From contig NC_087246.1 of assembly GCF_037042905.1 (NCBI RefSeq), positions 23,684,001 to 23,748,000 on the forward strand: a DNA stretch of 64,000 nucleotides, given 5' to 3'. Positions 13,345 to 25,447 of this stretch are shown one piece after another; the stretch's first letter is position 1; every line of letters starts with the position of its first letter. Both the position numbers and the translations under genes were made by a program. The DNA is from Lytechinus pictus (taxonomy: Eukaryota). The notes under the pieces are model-generated. The model did no database searches. It was given only the letters and a program-made list of their open reading frames with translations, and was not told the DNA's origin.

Positions 13345-15502
13345 TCTGCGCGTATACGTAAAAATACCGACGAGGAAAGAGACTGCCAAAATGACGGAAA
13401 TGAATACGACTTCTGAACATGCAACTAATGTACAACACAGTCCTTGCATCGATCTCCACATGGCCTGCTACCGAAAAGTGCCCCGTTTCAGGCACCCGGG
13501 CGTCGTCGAAGTGTATGGAACAGGGGCCGTGGAACGGTTTTCAAAATGGGGGGGCTGACCATGCAAAAAAATCACAATCATAATTTACGTTTTTGTACAC
13601 GGTTTTGGAAAAAAGTGTGGGGCCGGGGGGCTGAAGCCCCCCCCCCCCCCCATCCGCGGCCCCTGTGGAAAAGGGGTTGCTTTTTTTAGGATCATTCGCC
13701 AGCCATTTCCTCTTTGGGTAGCCTTTTTATCACTCGTCGCATTATTATTATAGGGTCGAAAGTTTGATCATAATATATGGATTGCGCCAATTATGGGTAA
13801 AGTTGAATTGTTTATTCATTAGGAAAAAACATGAATGAATTACAAGTTATTTTAATAAGGCTCTCTTGCATTGTGCATTGTCAAGTTACATGTTTTAGAT
13901 TAGAAGAAAACCCTTGTATAATGTTATTTGCTTACGCCACTTACATGACTTAGGTATCAGAATGAGTGAATTTTCCTTTTCTCGCTGCTTATGCTGACCT
14001 TTTCATGCGTTACGCTATTTAATACGCAAATTTAGTTACGCAGCTGAAGTCATTTAAGGTGCATTTCTGAGATTGTTGGACATGGGTAGATAGTCGGCCA
14101 TATGGAGCGAGAGAAGAACTGAAGCACGATGTTAATATCGATATTTCCAGGGCTAAGAAGAAGAAAAAAACGTGCTGTACTTTGTGGAATCATGCAGGAA
14201 TTCGGTTATTTGTATACAGATAGAATAGCATAACATGTCAGTTTAAGAAAACTATTAGGGATGCCACGAAAGTAGTAGAATTTTTCGTTTTTAACTGATA
14301 CTTTGATAATACCTTTTAAGTTGCTTTTCGGTCACCGCTCTTAACGAAAACCTTTTTCCAGGGATTTGTTCTCCTACAGTAAGATTGATGAGAATGGTTT
14401 TTAGCCAAATTGTACATGAATAATGTATACCTCATTAAACTCAATAGGAGAGATCGAAACCGTTTTATGATAAGAAATTTATCAAATAGAATGTCAATTT
14501 GTGAGTTATAAATGAAAAGAAAAATAACGTTGTTGTTTAGTCCTGTGCATTTACCATCTCGAGGCTTCATATCAGACATCATGATTAGCCATAATATCCG
14601 ACCCAACATCATCCATAATGCACATACCTAACAGTTTGATTTAGCTGAAAATACGAACTGTAACACTTGTAAGTAACACGAGACTAGATTAATATCTGCA
14701 TATTTATAGCCTATATAATTTGCAATATTAATTTGTCGTAATTATATCACAATTGATATTTTTTAGCATTATTATTATTGTATACTACGCTGACATTTTG
14801 AACATGTTGGATCACACCATTATATGTCATAAAAAGATAAAGCCATTGACATTGACAATAATGATTAATAAAGTGTAGATGAGACTATTAAAAAAAAACA
14901 CACTGGTACTAGAGATAGTGATTCAAGTATCGATGGTCGTTTATATTATTTTCCTTGTAATTTGAATACGTAATAGGAATGAATAGGCGTGATAAAAAGG
15001 GAAATAAATGGATATGATTGATTTCTGTCATGCACTGGTCGATATTGTACAGAGAGACTTGATGCACCTCACACTAATACAAAAATGCGTTATTCCAATT
15101 CGATTTTTTTCAAGGAGGGGGGTAGGTTTTGGGGAAAAAAATCTAATTTTACACATAGTGCATCATGAATCTTCTTGATGTATCCCTGTTATCTTAAATA
15201 TGCAGGTGGTTGTATGCCCAATTATTCAACCTCCATTTTTAAATTCCCATTTGACATTGGGTTGTTCTACGTAAGTGCGATTGCCAATGAATATGAGGCT
15301 AAAGTGAGAATGGTAGCAGATAATCACGAGACAGGGGCGCCGAAAGGGGGGGGGGGGCAGGAGGGGGAGATCACCGCTAAGGCCGGGCTTATTTTTGTAG
15401 TAATGAAAAGAGGGGAAAACAAGTGGGAAAAGGAACAAAAACGAGAAAGTAAACGAAAGAATGAAGAGTATTAATAAGAAAGATCTGGGTTGTGCAACTA
15501 TA

Positions 15503-16472
15503 CAGTGCGTTTAAAAAAAAGTTTACACTAAGAAAATATTAATAATCCTGTAAAATTACATATTTGTAATATCCTGAAGCCTTTTCCACCTTTAAACATT
15601 GGTACAGATCTCTTCAAGCAAAGGACGATGTAACTGTCGAAAAATCTTTCCGCTTGAGTGAGCACCGCTTACTTTTGAAAAGTTCGTGGAAAAGGATTTT
15701 CGCAGAAGTCGGAAAAAGTTATATGAATAAAATTCATGGAGAACACCTGGACTTTAGCTAGGAAGATTGATTTTAAGATATTTTTACCTCTTTAACTTGT
15801 TTCCTTGCCCAATACACTTCATAAAGTGTCATTGCACCCCCACCCCTCCCCACATGCCAAGGCTATCATGATTATAATCTGCTTTACACTGAGCATGAAA
15901 TTGGCTAAGGCTTGATTTTCCTTCTGTTAATCATTGTCATGCTTGGGAAAAGTGTGGAGAAACAAGTATTACATGAAATATGAAATGTAAATCAATTCTA
16001 AATGACAAAATTTAGTGAAAAAAATGCTGGAGATGTCAGAAATAGACTTTTGTTTACATTCAGCTCTGTCTTCAGATGCAGCTGACACAAAAAAGGAAAA
16101 GGTTGTGCTTACCGAGGGTAAAAATGTAAATTCGGGTGTCAAAGTTGTAACAAAATGTTTAAATGTATTTGTTTTATTTAAATTAGCTAAAAGTGCAAAA
16201 GAAATTATGAGAAACGTACCACACAGTCAGTTTGGTTTCGCCTTTTTTCCTTGACACAGCGTGAAAATGAGCATTTCTGCGCAAACCGATTTCTGCGAGC
16301 TTTGCAAAAATGGGCAGTGCTCACTCAAGTGTAACATTCTGTCAAAATCTTTACTTTCGTTTGATAGATGAGACCCAAACCCAAGAATATACGTGAAAAG
16401 ATTATCCCCATGTTGTATATTTTCAATTCCGAAGACTTCTTCAAAGTGTAAACTTTTTATTGATACGCACTA
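15503..16472. mobile_element. Tc1/mariner-type non-autonomous element with TA TSD
   Basis: ta|cagtgcgtttaaaaaaaagtttacact ... agtgtaaactttttattgatacgcacta|ta, with additional internal inverted blocks (cttgagtgagcac / gtgctcactcaag). Confidence 0.75.
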
Positions 16473-18416
16473 TATATTACCCGTGTTAATGAGGAAATAT
16501 GGGGTCATCTTCCTTTTCCCTATCAGAATACCACAATGCCGCCCCCGCTATCAGACAATCTAATTCGTACTCGCGATTCATCCTTCATCTCTATCATTGT
16601 GAATATTTGAAGAAGACCGAAAGCTTGGATGATTAATTTGCCGAATTTAAATTATCTATTTATTTCAGACTAATATAACACCAACTCTAGGCAATATATT
16701 CATATAGATATATTAGGTTTGTCTCGTCAATGCAGATCGTAAGTGTTGAGGTATTAAAATTTACAAACAACCAAGCCCAACACACCCTAGTAAATTGCAT
16801 GATGTTTGACAAGTGTCAACTTTTCTTTGAATTTCCTGGGTGTATGTAAACATATATATATATGTGTGTGTGTGTGTGTATATATATATAAAAGAACAAA
16901 AGGAATTTTACTCTCTCATGATCTAAATTATGATGTATAGCAAACGAAAAGAACGAACCTCAGGTTCAATGGTAGAACTGACAATGATATGGGATTATCT
17001 TTCCATATACAAGCCTTTGATAAGAAACAAACATCGGGCTTCCATTGGCGCTCTATTATAATAGTGAATAATTTGTAATACATGCATAAATTTACGATTG
17101 TTTTTAAACAATAAAATGCTAATGTAATTCAAAAGGGAGAATGCATGTAAGTTATTCTATTGTTCGCTTATATTCCATTAATTCTTCCTTGAGTTAAACA
17201 AAGTAAACCAATTAGGGGCGTCGGAGCGAAGTTGAAAGTGGGGTCACAGGGGAAAAAGACACCTTTTCTTTCGAAAAGGGCATCTTTAAACAAAATGACT
17301 TCTTCAGTGCTGTTATGAGTCAATAATTTTGAGGGGGCTAGATATGTCGTATAACGCAAAATTTTGACATTTTTAAAACAAAAATCCAATTTGTGATTTT
17401 GACATAATATTAAGAAAATTATATATTTCACATTCTCTCTTTCCTTTTCCCTTCTTTCTTGGTCGTGAATTTTTTTTCGGGGGGAAGGGCCCCAAGCCCC
17501 CCATTCTGTACGTCACTGCTTATCTACCCCACTCACATGACTCGTGAAACTTAAGGCACGTTGGATTAGTCTTACAATTTTTTTACTTTATAAATAGTAA
17601 CATCTAAAATGATATTATTGTTTTCTTGTTTCAAAGGGGCGCTCATTAACACATAAAACGGGTCCTTCTCACGGGTGAAAGGGGCACAGAACACGTTTGT
17701 GAGGGGCACTTTTCTTGGATAAAAAGGGGTACCGATACGAGAAAGGGCACCTATAAGAAAGCAAAGGGGCACTTTCTAACGGCATAAAACGGGTCCTTCC
17801 CATGTATGAAAGGGGCACAGAACATGTCTTCGTGAGGGGCACTTTTCTTGGGTAAAAAGGGGCACTGATCCGAGAAATGACACTTGCTAACACATAAAAT
17901 GGTAAAAGGTGAAAGGGGCATAGTACACGCTCGATTTGGGGGCATTTTTCTTACGTAAAAAAGGGCACTTTTCAGGGCTTCAAAAAGCGGGGGACCACTG
18001 TGCCCCCCCCCCCCGGCCCCCGTGATGGCTGCCCCTGAAACCGATGTAGAACATGCTTCTTACTTTGTGCAAAAGGGTTTCACATTATTAGCAAGTTGAA
18101 ATCTCCAATGTCACAAAATCAATCATATTTCGAGAGTGAAACATCTTAGACGAGATTAATTTCTGGATCAGTGGTGATTATCGATCAGAAACCCAATTAG
18201 AGACAGATAATAGCGGTATGGCAATACTTATCAACCCTCCAAACTCACATGGACACTCGCTAAGCATTAATTTATTAAAAAAGACTCTCTGATCAACTTA
18301 AACAGACGAGAGCCTACCTTAATCCAATATCACTATATTGTAACCACATCGACTATAGGATCTCCTCAATAGTGTCTTGCTTTTTTCTGTATATTTCCTT
18401 TTTAAAACGAGTTAAA

Positions 18417-18495
18417 ATGCATCATTTTATTGTCATCTGCATACTATTTAGTATGAATCGCTTCGCAGTATCGGGAAATGGTCACGAGACAGAAG
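18417..18495 (+). CDS. Gene B exon 1: signal peptide
   Basis: aaaATG context; MHHFIVICILFSMNRFAVSGNGHETE; GAA G|gtatgt phase-1 donor. Confidence 0.65.
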
Positions 18496-19238
18496 GTATG
18501 TTCATATTTTGAAAATCCTTTAATTAAGCATTTGAGTTTCTGTCATAATCATGACATTATGAAATAGGCCTTATTTATATTTTAAAAGTAAACTCCAAAT
18601 TTTCATTTTTTAAGTTGGAGTAAAGATAATGACTTATATCGATTTCAATCGATTGATCATTAACTTATCTAAAATGTATATAATTTACATAACATGATTA
18701 GAAAAATTGTGATTTCCCCCCAATTTTAAATATATTTATAATTCTTGTCAACTACTTTCTAATTTCAACTATCCTGATTCAGAAGTCTTACGACTATTTA
18801 GATATAAACCAAGGTAATGAAATATGTATGTTACCTGTAACCACCTAAAGATTCTTGCCTACTGTCTTCACTCTTCTTATTGTTTTTGGCCTATCGGAGA
18901 GAGTAATGTGGGACCTGTCCTGAGCCTTCCCCCCCCCCCCACGACCCCAACCAAAAGAAAAATGCTACCGATATTAGTTGAATAATATCTCCTTTTTTTA
19001 CAATAATATCAGTGAACAAGTTTTCCACTACTTGTCATATTTAAAAAAGAATTGCTTTAAGTTCATTTTGTGCCTTTATTTCTTTCTTGACCAAGTTAGC
19101 ATTATGAATTATTTTGTTGCATTATTTTCACATTGAATGCCCTTAATTTCGTTTTGGTCAGCCTATTCTGTTTAGTTTTACTTTGTTCCTTTTTTTAAAT
19201 CATATTTCATATGGTAACGTCATTGAACACCACAATAG

Positions 19239-19289
19239 AACCATGTAAAAACGGTGGATGTACAACCCAAGCAAATTTGGATACGGAAT
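19239..19289 (+). CDS. Gene B exon 2: short ectodomain micro-exon (EPCKNGGCTTQANLDTE)
   Basis: caatag| acceptor (weak pyrimidine tract), T|gtaagt donor, 51 nt, phase 1-1, frame compatible with both flanking exons. Confidence 0.5.
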
Positions 19290-19332
19290 GTAAGTATCAA
19301 CCATCGATATATATGTAATTAACCTATTGAAG

Positions 19333-19658
19333 ACGTTTACACGCTGCATCGGCTCGCGGTGCAATCCCGAGAGCCGGTGGAGACTCGGCTCGCGGATTAT
19401 CCTGCGTCGCGTTTACACGCTGCCCCAGCTCGAGGTGCAGAATCGGCTCGCGGGGCAAAAAACACAAATAAGTGGATTAAATTTACATCATGAAATGCGC
19501 GCTAATCGCCGGTGCAGACTCGGCTTCGTATTTACACGGAGAAAAAAATGCCGTGGCTGCACCGCAAGCCGGTGCATGTTAATCGCGTTTACACGCATTA
19601 AAAGGCGAGTCTGCACCTGTTCTCGGGTCTGCACCGCGAGCCGATGCAGCGTGTAAAC
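19333..19658. mobile_element. Palindromic MITE in gene B intron 2
   Basis: gtttacacgctgcatcggctcgcggtgca ... tgcaccgcgagccgatgcagcgtgtaaac, ~29-bp perfect inverted repeat. Confidence 0.85.
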
Positions 19659-20144
19659 ACGGTATATATTCTTGTAGTATGCATAAAATGTAATTGATGA
19701 TAAAATGATGATAAAGAAGGTGGTGGTTATGATTTTGATGATGACAATAATTATGATGATGATCGTGGTGATGATTTCGATGATATCAATTGTATCTACA
19801 CAGTACACACTGTTGAGGCCCTTACAAAATTGTAATGAATGTTTTGAGCAGCTATTGTTTAGCTTATTCTCCACCAAATTTTAGTATTATTTACAAGTTT
19901 ATCAATTCAACGTTGGTTTCAGAAAATCCTAATTTCGGTTTGACCATCTATGTTCTCATACTACATTTTCCCGTCATTTTATATCAGTATAATATAAGGC
20001 CTGATTCCCTGATTGTACCATTTTAGAATTACTCTTTCCTGACAAAATAATTCATGGATGTACACCCACCAGACCAATTCCATTGGTTTGTTTTTTAACT
20101 TGTAGCTTTCTTCTCCTCTCTTTTCTTTGCATAATATGAACCAG

Positions 20145-21295
20145 ATGACAGGGGTATGCTATCGACTATCCTAATTTCCATCTTCAGCACAGTTTTTGTC
20201 TGTTTTATTGTCTTCACTGTGGCTATTTTTCTTTATCGATGGCTACACAAGACAGAGTACATGGTATCTAGAAGAAATAAAGAAGAGGAGAATGTTGGAG
20301 AAAATCCCCCTACCAACATGACCAAGACGGAAGATTTCCCAACAGGTCGTCGGGTGGAACCCTCGAGACAACAGTCAACCAGAATATCAATTAAACCAAC
20401 GTTTTTTAGGTCTTCAGCGTTCAAAAATATCACAAGGAATTCTGAAGGGAGTTCAAAGGCATCCAAAGACTTCACAGGGGAGACTTGTGACAATTCAGCG
20501 CCAATCAACGAGATGGAAGGCAAGATTTACGAGGCTTCGACAGTGTTTGGAGACATTGCTATTAAGACCCAAGACGGTCCAGGGGCGTCCAGAAACATAA
20601 CTAGGAAGGTCAACGACGATTCAACGGCTTTTAGAGACATGAATAAAACGACTCACAACAGTTCAACATCGTTCAGGAGAATAAAAAAGAAAGCCCGCCA
20701 AAGTGTAGCAGCTTTTGGAGACATCAAAAGACGTGGCAATGGGAGTTCAGCAGCGTTCGGCAACATCACTCGTAGGACCCGAGACAGTTTAGCAGCTTTT
20801 GGAGATATCAGGAAGAAGACGCGACACAGTTTAGCAGCCTTTGGAGATATCAAGAGCATGGATAAGAAGGTCCGTGATAGGCTATCAGCACCTGAAACCA
20901 CCAGAACGAAAAAGGCCAGTGGCAGTGTGGCACCAAACAGAGACAACACAATTAATGACCTCGACGGTCTAGAAACAGAAGATTACTACTACGACGCAAA
21001 TTATGTCGACACCTCAATCACATCGGCCATTCAGAATGCAAAAGAAGACACAACAGCTGATAATAAGACAAACCCTAATGAAGTAGACCATGATTACATT
21101 TACCCAATTGAAAAACCAACCCAATTTCAACGCAGATTCATGGCAAGCCGAATAACGAAAGATGGGTATCTGGTACCTGAATTGCCATTACCCGAACTTC
21201 CCTCAACCACGACAGATAAATATCATTCTGCTCGTTTCTCCAGGCAACCTGGATGCCTTAAAGAGGACGAAAACATTTACTATGAGGTTGACTAA
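20145..21295 (+). CDS. Gene B exon 3: TM helix plus cytoplasmic tail with 14-aa repeats and tyrosine motifs
   Basis: Long pyrimidine tract then ccag| phase-1 acceptor in frame with ORF 20156-21295. TM ILISIFSTVFVCFIVFTVAIFLY; tail motifs DYYYDANY, DYIYP, DGYLVP, NIYYEV. Confidence 0.85.
20402..20863 (+). repeat. Coding 42-bp (14-aa) tandem repeat, ~11 degenerate units
   Basis: F (or S/I) recurs at ORF residues 89, 103, 117 ... 229 with exact period 14; best units RQSVAAFGDIKRRG, NGSSAAFGNITRRT, RDSLAAFGDIRKKT, RHSLAAFGDIKSMD. Confidence 0.85.
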
Positions 21296-21331
21296 ACTCA
21301 GTTGTGCCTACGATTTTAAGTATACCGTGAA

Positions 21332-21682
21332 CAGTGGCGTACCTAGGATTTCTCACAGGGGGGGCAAAACCGTCTGCCAAAAAAATTGACAAGCAAAATT
21401 TCGTACCAGAAAAAAATTTGACAAGCAAAAAACAAAAAAAGGTCTTCATTCACAAATGAAGGATTTCGTACCAGATAAAAATTTGACAAGCAAAAAAAAA
21501 AAAAAAGGTCTTCAAGCTCGTCAGGGGGGCAATAAAGGTATTCAAGCTCGTCAGGGGGGGGGGCAAAAAAGGGCCTTTCAAGCTCGTCAGGGGGCAGGGA
21601 TACGTCCTTTGTGCATGGGTTGTGGCTCGTCAGGGGGGGGCAGACTGCCCCATCTGCCCCCCCCCCCGTAGGTACGCTAGTG
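21332..21682. mobile_element. MITE (CAGTGGCGTACCTA TIR) with internal tcaagctcgtcagggggg repeats; inverted copy at 56505-56763
   Basis: cagtggcgtacctagg ... gtaggtacgctagtg; a near-identical reverse-complement copy lies at 56.5 kb. Confidence 0.85.
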
Positions 21683-24600
21683 CCGTGTACCCTAGAACTG
21701 TGCATAGACCATTGATATGCGTATATGTTTCAGTCAAAGTTGCCATGGTTGCAGTTGTTATTTCTGTATAATGAGGAGCAGTGTGCAGTGGACTATTTAT
21801 ACATACATGTCTGTCTCCTGTAATCGAAATAGAATACTAGTACTCAGTTTGACTTAACTTTCGTCTAGACATACAGGCACGCCATTCATAAGGACATTAA
21901 TTATTATTAAACCAACAAGGTTATTAAAATTGTGTTCACAGCACGCACGTAGTTTCAGTTTTGGATAGACAAAATTAATGCACACGGGTGAACATAAATA
22001 CACATTAAAAAAAATCGGTCTCAAATGTGATTTTATTTGTTTAAGTTTGTGAGCATACAACCGAGCATATCAATAGGCCTATTGGAAGAAAAGTATTCAC
22101 GTGTGCGCTTGTTGCTCACCAAATCAGAAGTCTTCAAACCATATACATGTAGACCTACATGTAGGTCTAATGTATGTGAACAACAAGATAGTTATATGAC
22201 TAAATAAATAAAGAAGACCAGAAATTGCAACTTTACAAAATGAGATAACACCATGTTTACCAGGATTTGTGCTTCATCACAAATGATTATCTTTGTTAAT
22301 AAATTATGTAGAAGATATGGTTTTCAGGTGTGGAATGTAAAACAAACATCACCTCTTCGTTTCAGGCATTAGGACGTTGTTGCAGCACAAATTGTCGCGG
22401 GGCGACAATTTGTGCTGCACGTGCCGTTCTCAATCTTTAAGCATATTGTGGCAATTTGTGTCGGCAAAAAGAAACCCAGAACCACAAGTTGTCGCCCATT
22501 ACAAAAATGTGCGTCCTGATGTGTGTCGTTGTTTGTGGTAAGGTTGTGTGTGTTGTGTTAGAAGTGAGTGTTGTATTGGTATAAGGGTGTGTGTGTGTGT
22601 GAGAGATGGTGTGTTTATGTGTGTATAATGGTTATTATGTTTTATCATTATTAGTTTTGGGGGGTTATATCCACTTGGTCTAGCAGTAGCAGTTGGTCAA
22701 ACACTCTGATCGTCTTATACCATACGGGCTAAACCCATTTGCTCTAGTAACAGTTTGGTCTAACTTTCACTTGGTCTAATGTATATGACTTGGTCGAATA
22801 TATTGGTCGGTATAATTGCCGAATCGTCGAATAGCCAAATGGTCTAATCGCCTTTTCGTCTTAATCCCAAATAAATATTTCCAGTCTTTCACTGGTATTG
22901 ACCAAGTGGTGTTAGACCAATTAGATATTAGACCAAGTAGAAATTAGACCAAATGGAAATTAGACGGAATGGTAAATAGACAAAATGACAATTAGACCAA
23001 AAGGTAAATTGGTTGTAGACGAAATGGAATTAGACCATGTATAGGATGAGGCTAAACGGCCCTAAGTCAAATCGGTTTTAGACCAACTGGTAATTTACCT
23101 TTCAGCAGCAGAACCCGTGGGAAATTCGGTTTTCATCAACGTGATCTAACAACAGTTGGACTAATTCTTCGTTTGTCTAATAACATATAGGTCTTAACCC
23201 ATTTGGTCTCCTAATAATTTGGTCTAATTTGGAATTGGTCTAGTATATACTTGGTCTAATTCTCATTTGGCCCATTCGTCTAAACGGTCTAAAAGCCAAA
23301 TGGTCTAATTGCATTTGCAACTCTACATGACCTATTTTGACTTTAGTTCAGCACCCCTGACGGATCAAGAATATTGTTTTGCTAAACCAATCATTGAATA
23401 TATTAGGACGGTATGACATATCATCATGATCATCAGTTGCATAATTGTTTTATGAGCAAAAATTTATGAGGGGCAGACATGTTTCATGCGGCATGTTTTT
23501 TATAAATGCTGAGCGTGAGCGAAACGAGCAATAAAAGTAACCTTCCTAATTGAAAAAAAAATCAAATTTTGTGATATATTTTGACATAATCATAATAATA
23601 TTCGGAAAATAATGTCATATTTCATACTTTTCCTTTTCTCTTATTTCTTGATCATGAATCAATCTTTTTTTTTTCAATTTTTTTGTTCGGGCATGGCTCC
23701 TAGGGCCCCACCCATCTGTACGACAGTGACGATCGTGTTTATTATCAAATCTTTCTACATCAGATCTTTTTCCACGCGCTCATTCACAAAAAAAGTTTTA
23801 TTAGTAATTGTTCATCGATTTCGCATGACTGGGTGGTTATAAAAAAAAAGATTTCTATGTGAAACAACCATTGTGGCAGTAAATGGATGTGCAGGTCAGT
23901 ACGTGCAATCGCCATTTAATGTTTATTTTTTTTTATTACAAATGTTGTTAGAACTGAAACAGTTGTACCTCATGCATGGAATTCTCTACTGTTATCTCCA
24001 TGATGTATTATTTCCATGATACAGAATAACACATATATATATCACATATCATTCACATTAATTATACAGTGCATGTTTATCATTATTCGTTAAGACTTTG
24101 TTTATCTTGATTAATTGGTAAGCCTAAAATATGGGATGTGACAAGGAAACTGAAGGCGACATTTAATTAGTTTTTAGTCAGGTGCGTATCCAATCTTTCG
24201 TAATGATCCCGTTTATAGTTAAGAATGTTCTTGTACTTGGAAAAGCAAAGAGAAAGGGGGTTATCACTCCAAACTTGGTTACAATTTCTTTCCAACCAAT
24301 TAACAAGGAACTAAAGAAGTCTCAATTCCGGAAGAAAAATATTTCCATCCTAAATTTGGAAAGAGATGCGCAACGCAAGAAGCCGCGCTAATTGTTCCCT
24401 TCTCCTGGATCTGAGCCTGATTGTTCTTATCCTGACCCGATATTGGAAAAGTGGACTTTGCTTTCATTATGTTCAAACCAAAATCATTTAAGTGATAATA
24501 CTAGTCAGTAAATAAACGTGATCGTGTTGGTACAGTGACAAACATCTTTCTCCATTTTGGTTTATCAAAGTGTATTAAAATGAATATTAAAAACATTTGA

Positions 24601-25447
24601 AATCCTTATTTTTTCGTATTTTTATTCAAATTTAAGGGCGTTACCGTGAATAGGTTCTCTTGAATCTTACTATAATAAACCAAAATTTAATTCAAATGAC
24701 TAAATATTAATTATTTTGCCTGCTACAGTACGATTATTTCCATTTCATAAAGGATATACATGGTCAAAAATTCAACGAGACACCTCCAATGTCTAATAAC
24801 TGACAACCTTCGTGAAAAAAGGGGGATTGCAAACACTCTTCAAGTTGTGACTAATGAATATCGAAGTCAACATGTCTGATTTTAGCATTACTTACATGAT
24901 GTTTAATGTATCTAGAGAGTTAGATTAGCATCTGCATCATCAAAAGAAAATTTTGAAGGCATTTTTTTTTCCAGAAAATTCAACCGACGCACTCATTTTT
25001 CTTTTTCAATTTCAATACATATACTATAGAACAAAATGAGAAATTTTGGTTTTTCCGGCTAAAACAGTAAACTATGTGCCTGATGCGTGAAGAGTGTGAA
25101 AACATTTTTAAAAAAGGGAAAACACATATGAGCCTAATTTGTCCCCAAACAAGCAAAACGAAGGTAAAATTCAATTTTTTTGTGCGATAAAAAATTTCTA
25201 ATCAGGGACATGATTCATAAGATGTAACTTGTCTACGGTGCAAAATTATAGCTGGGTGCCCCTTTTTTTCTCCACCTCGTTAAATCAAAAGTGGTTCTGC
25301 CAACCAGCTGAAACAGATTCATGTAGATTTCCAAAAATACATCTTGAAAATATAATTCTGAGTTAGAATGAAATGTCATTCGTATTGAAAGTCTCTCAGA
25401 ATCAGAAAAAACTGCAAACCTCCTGGGACGATCTTTAGCTAAGCTTA

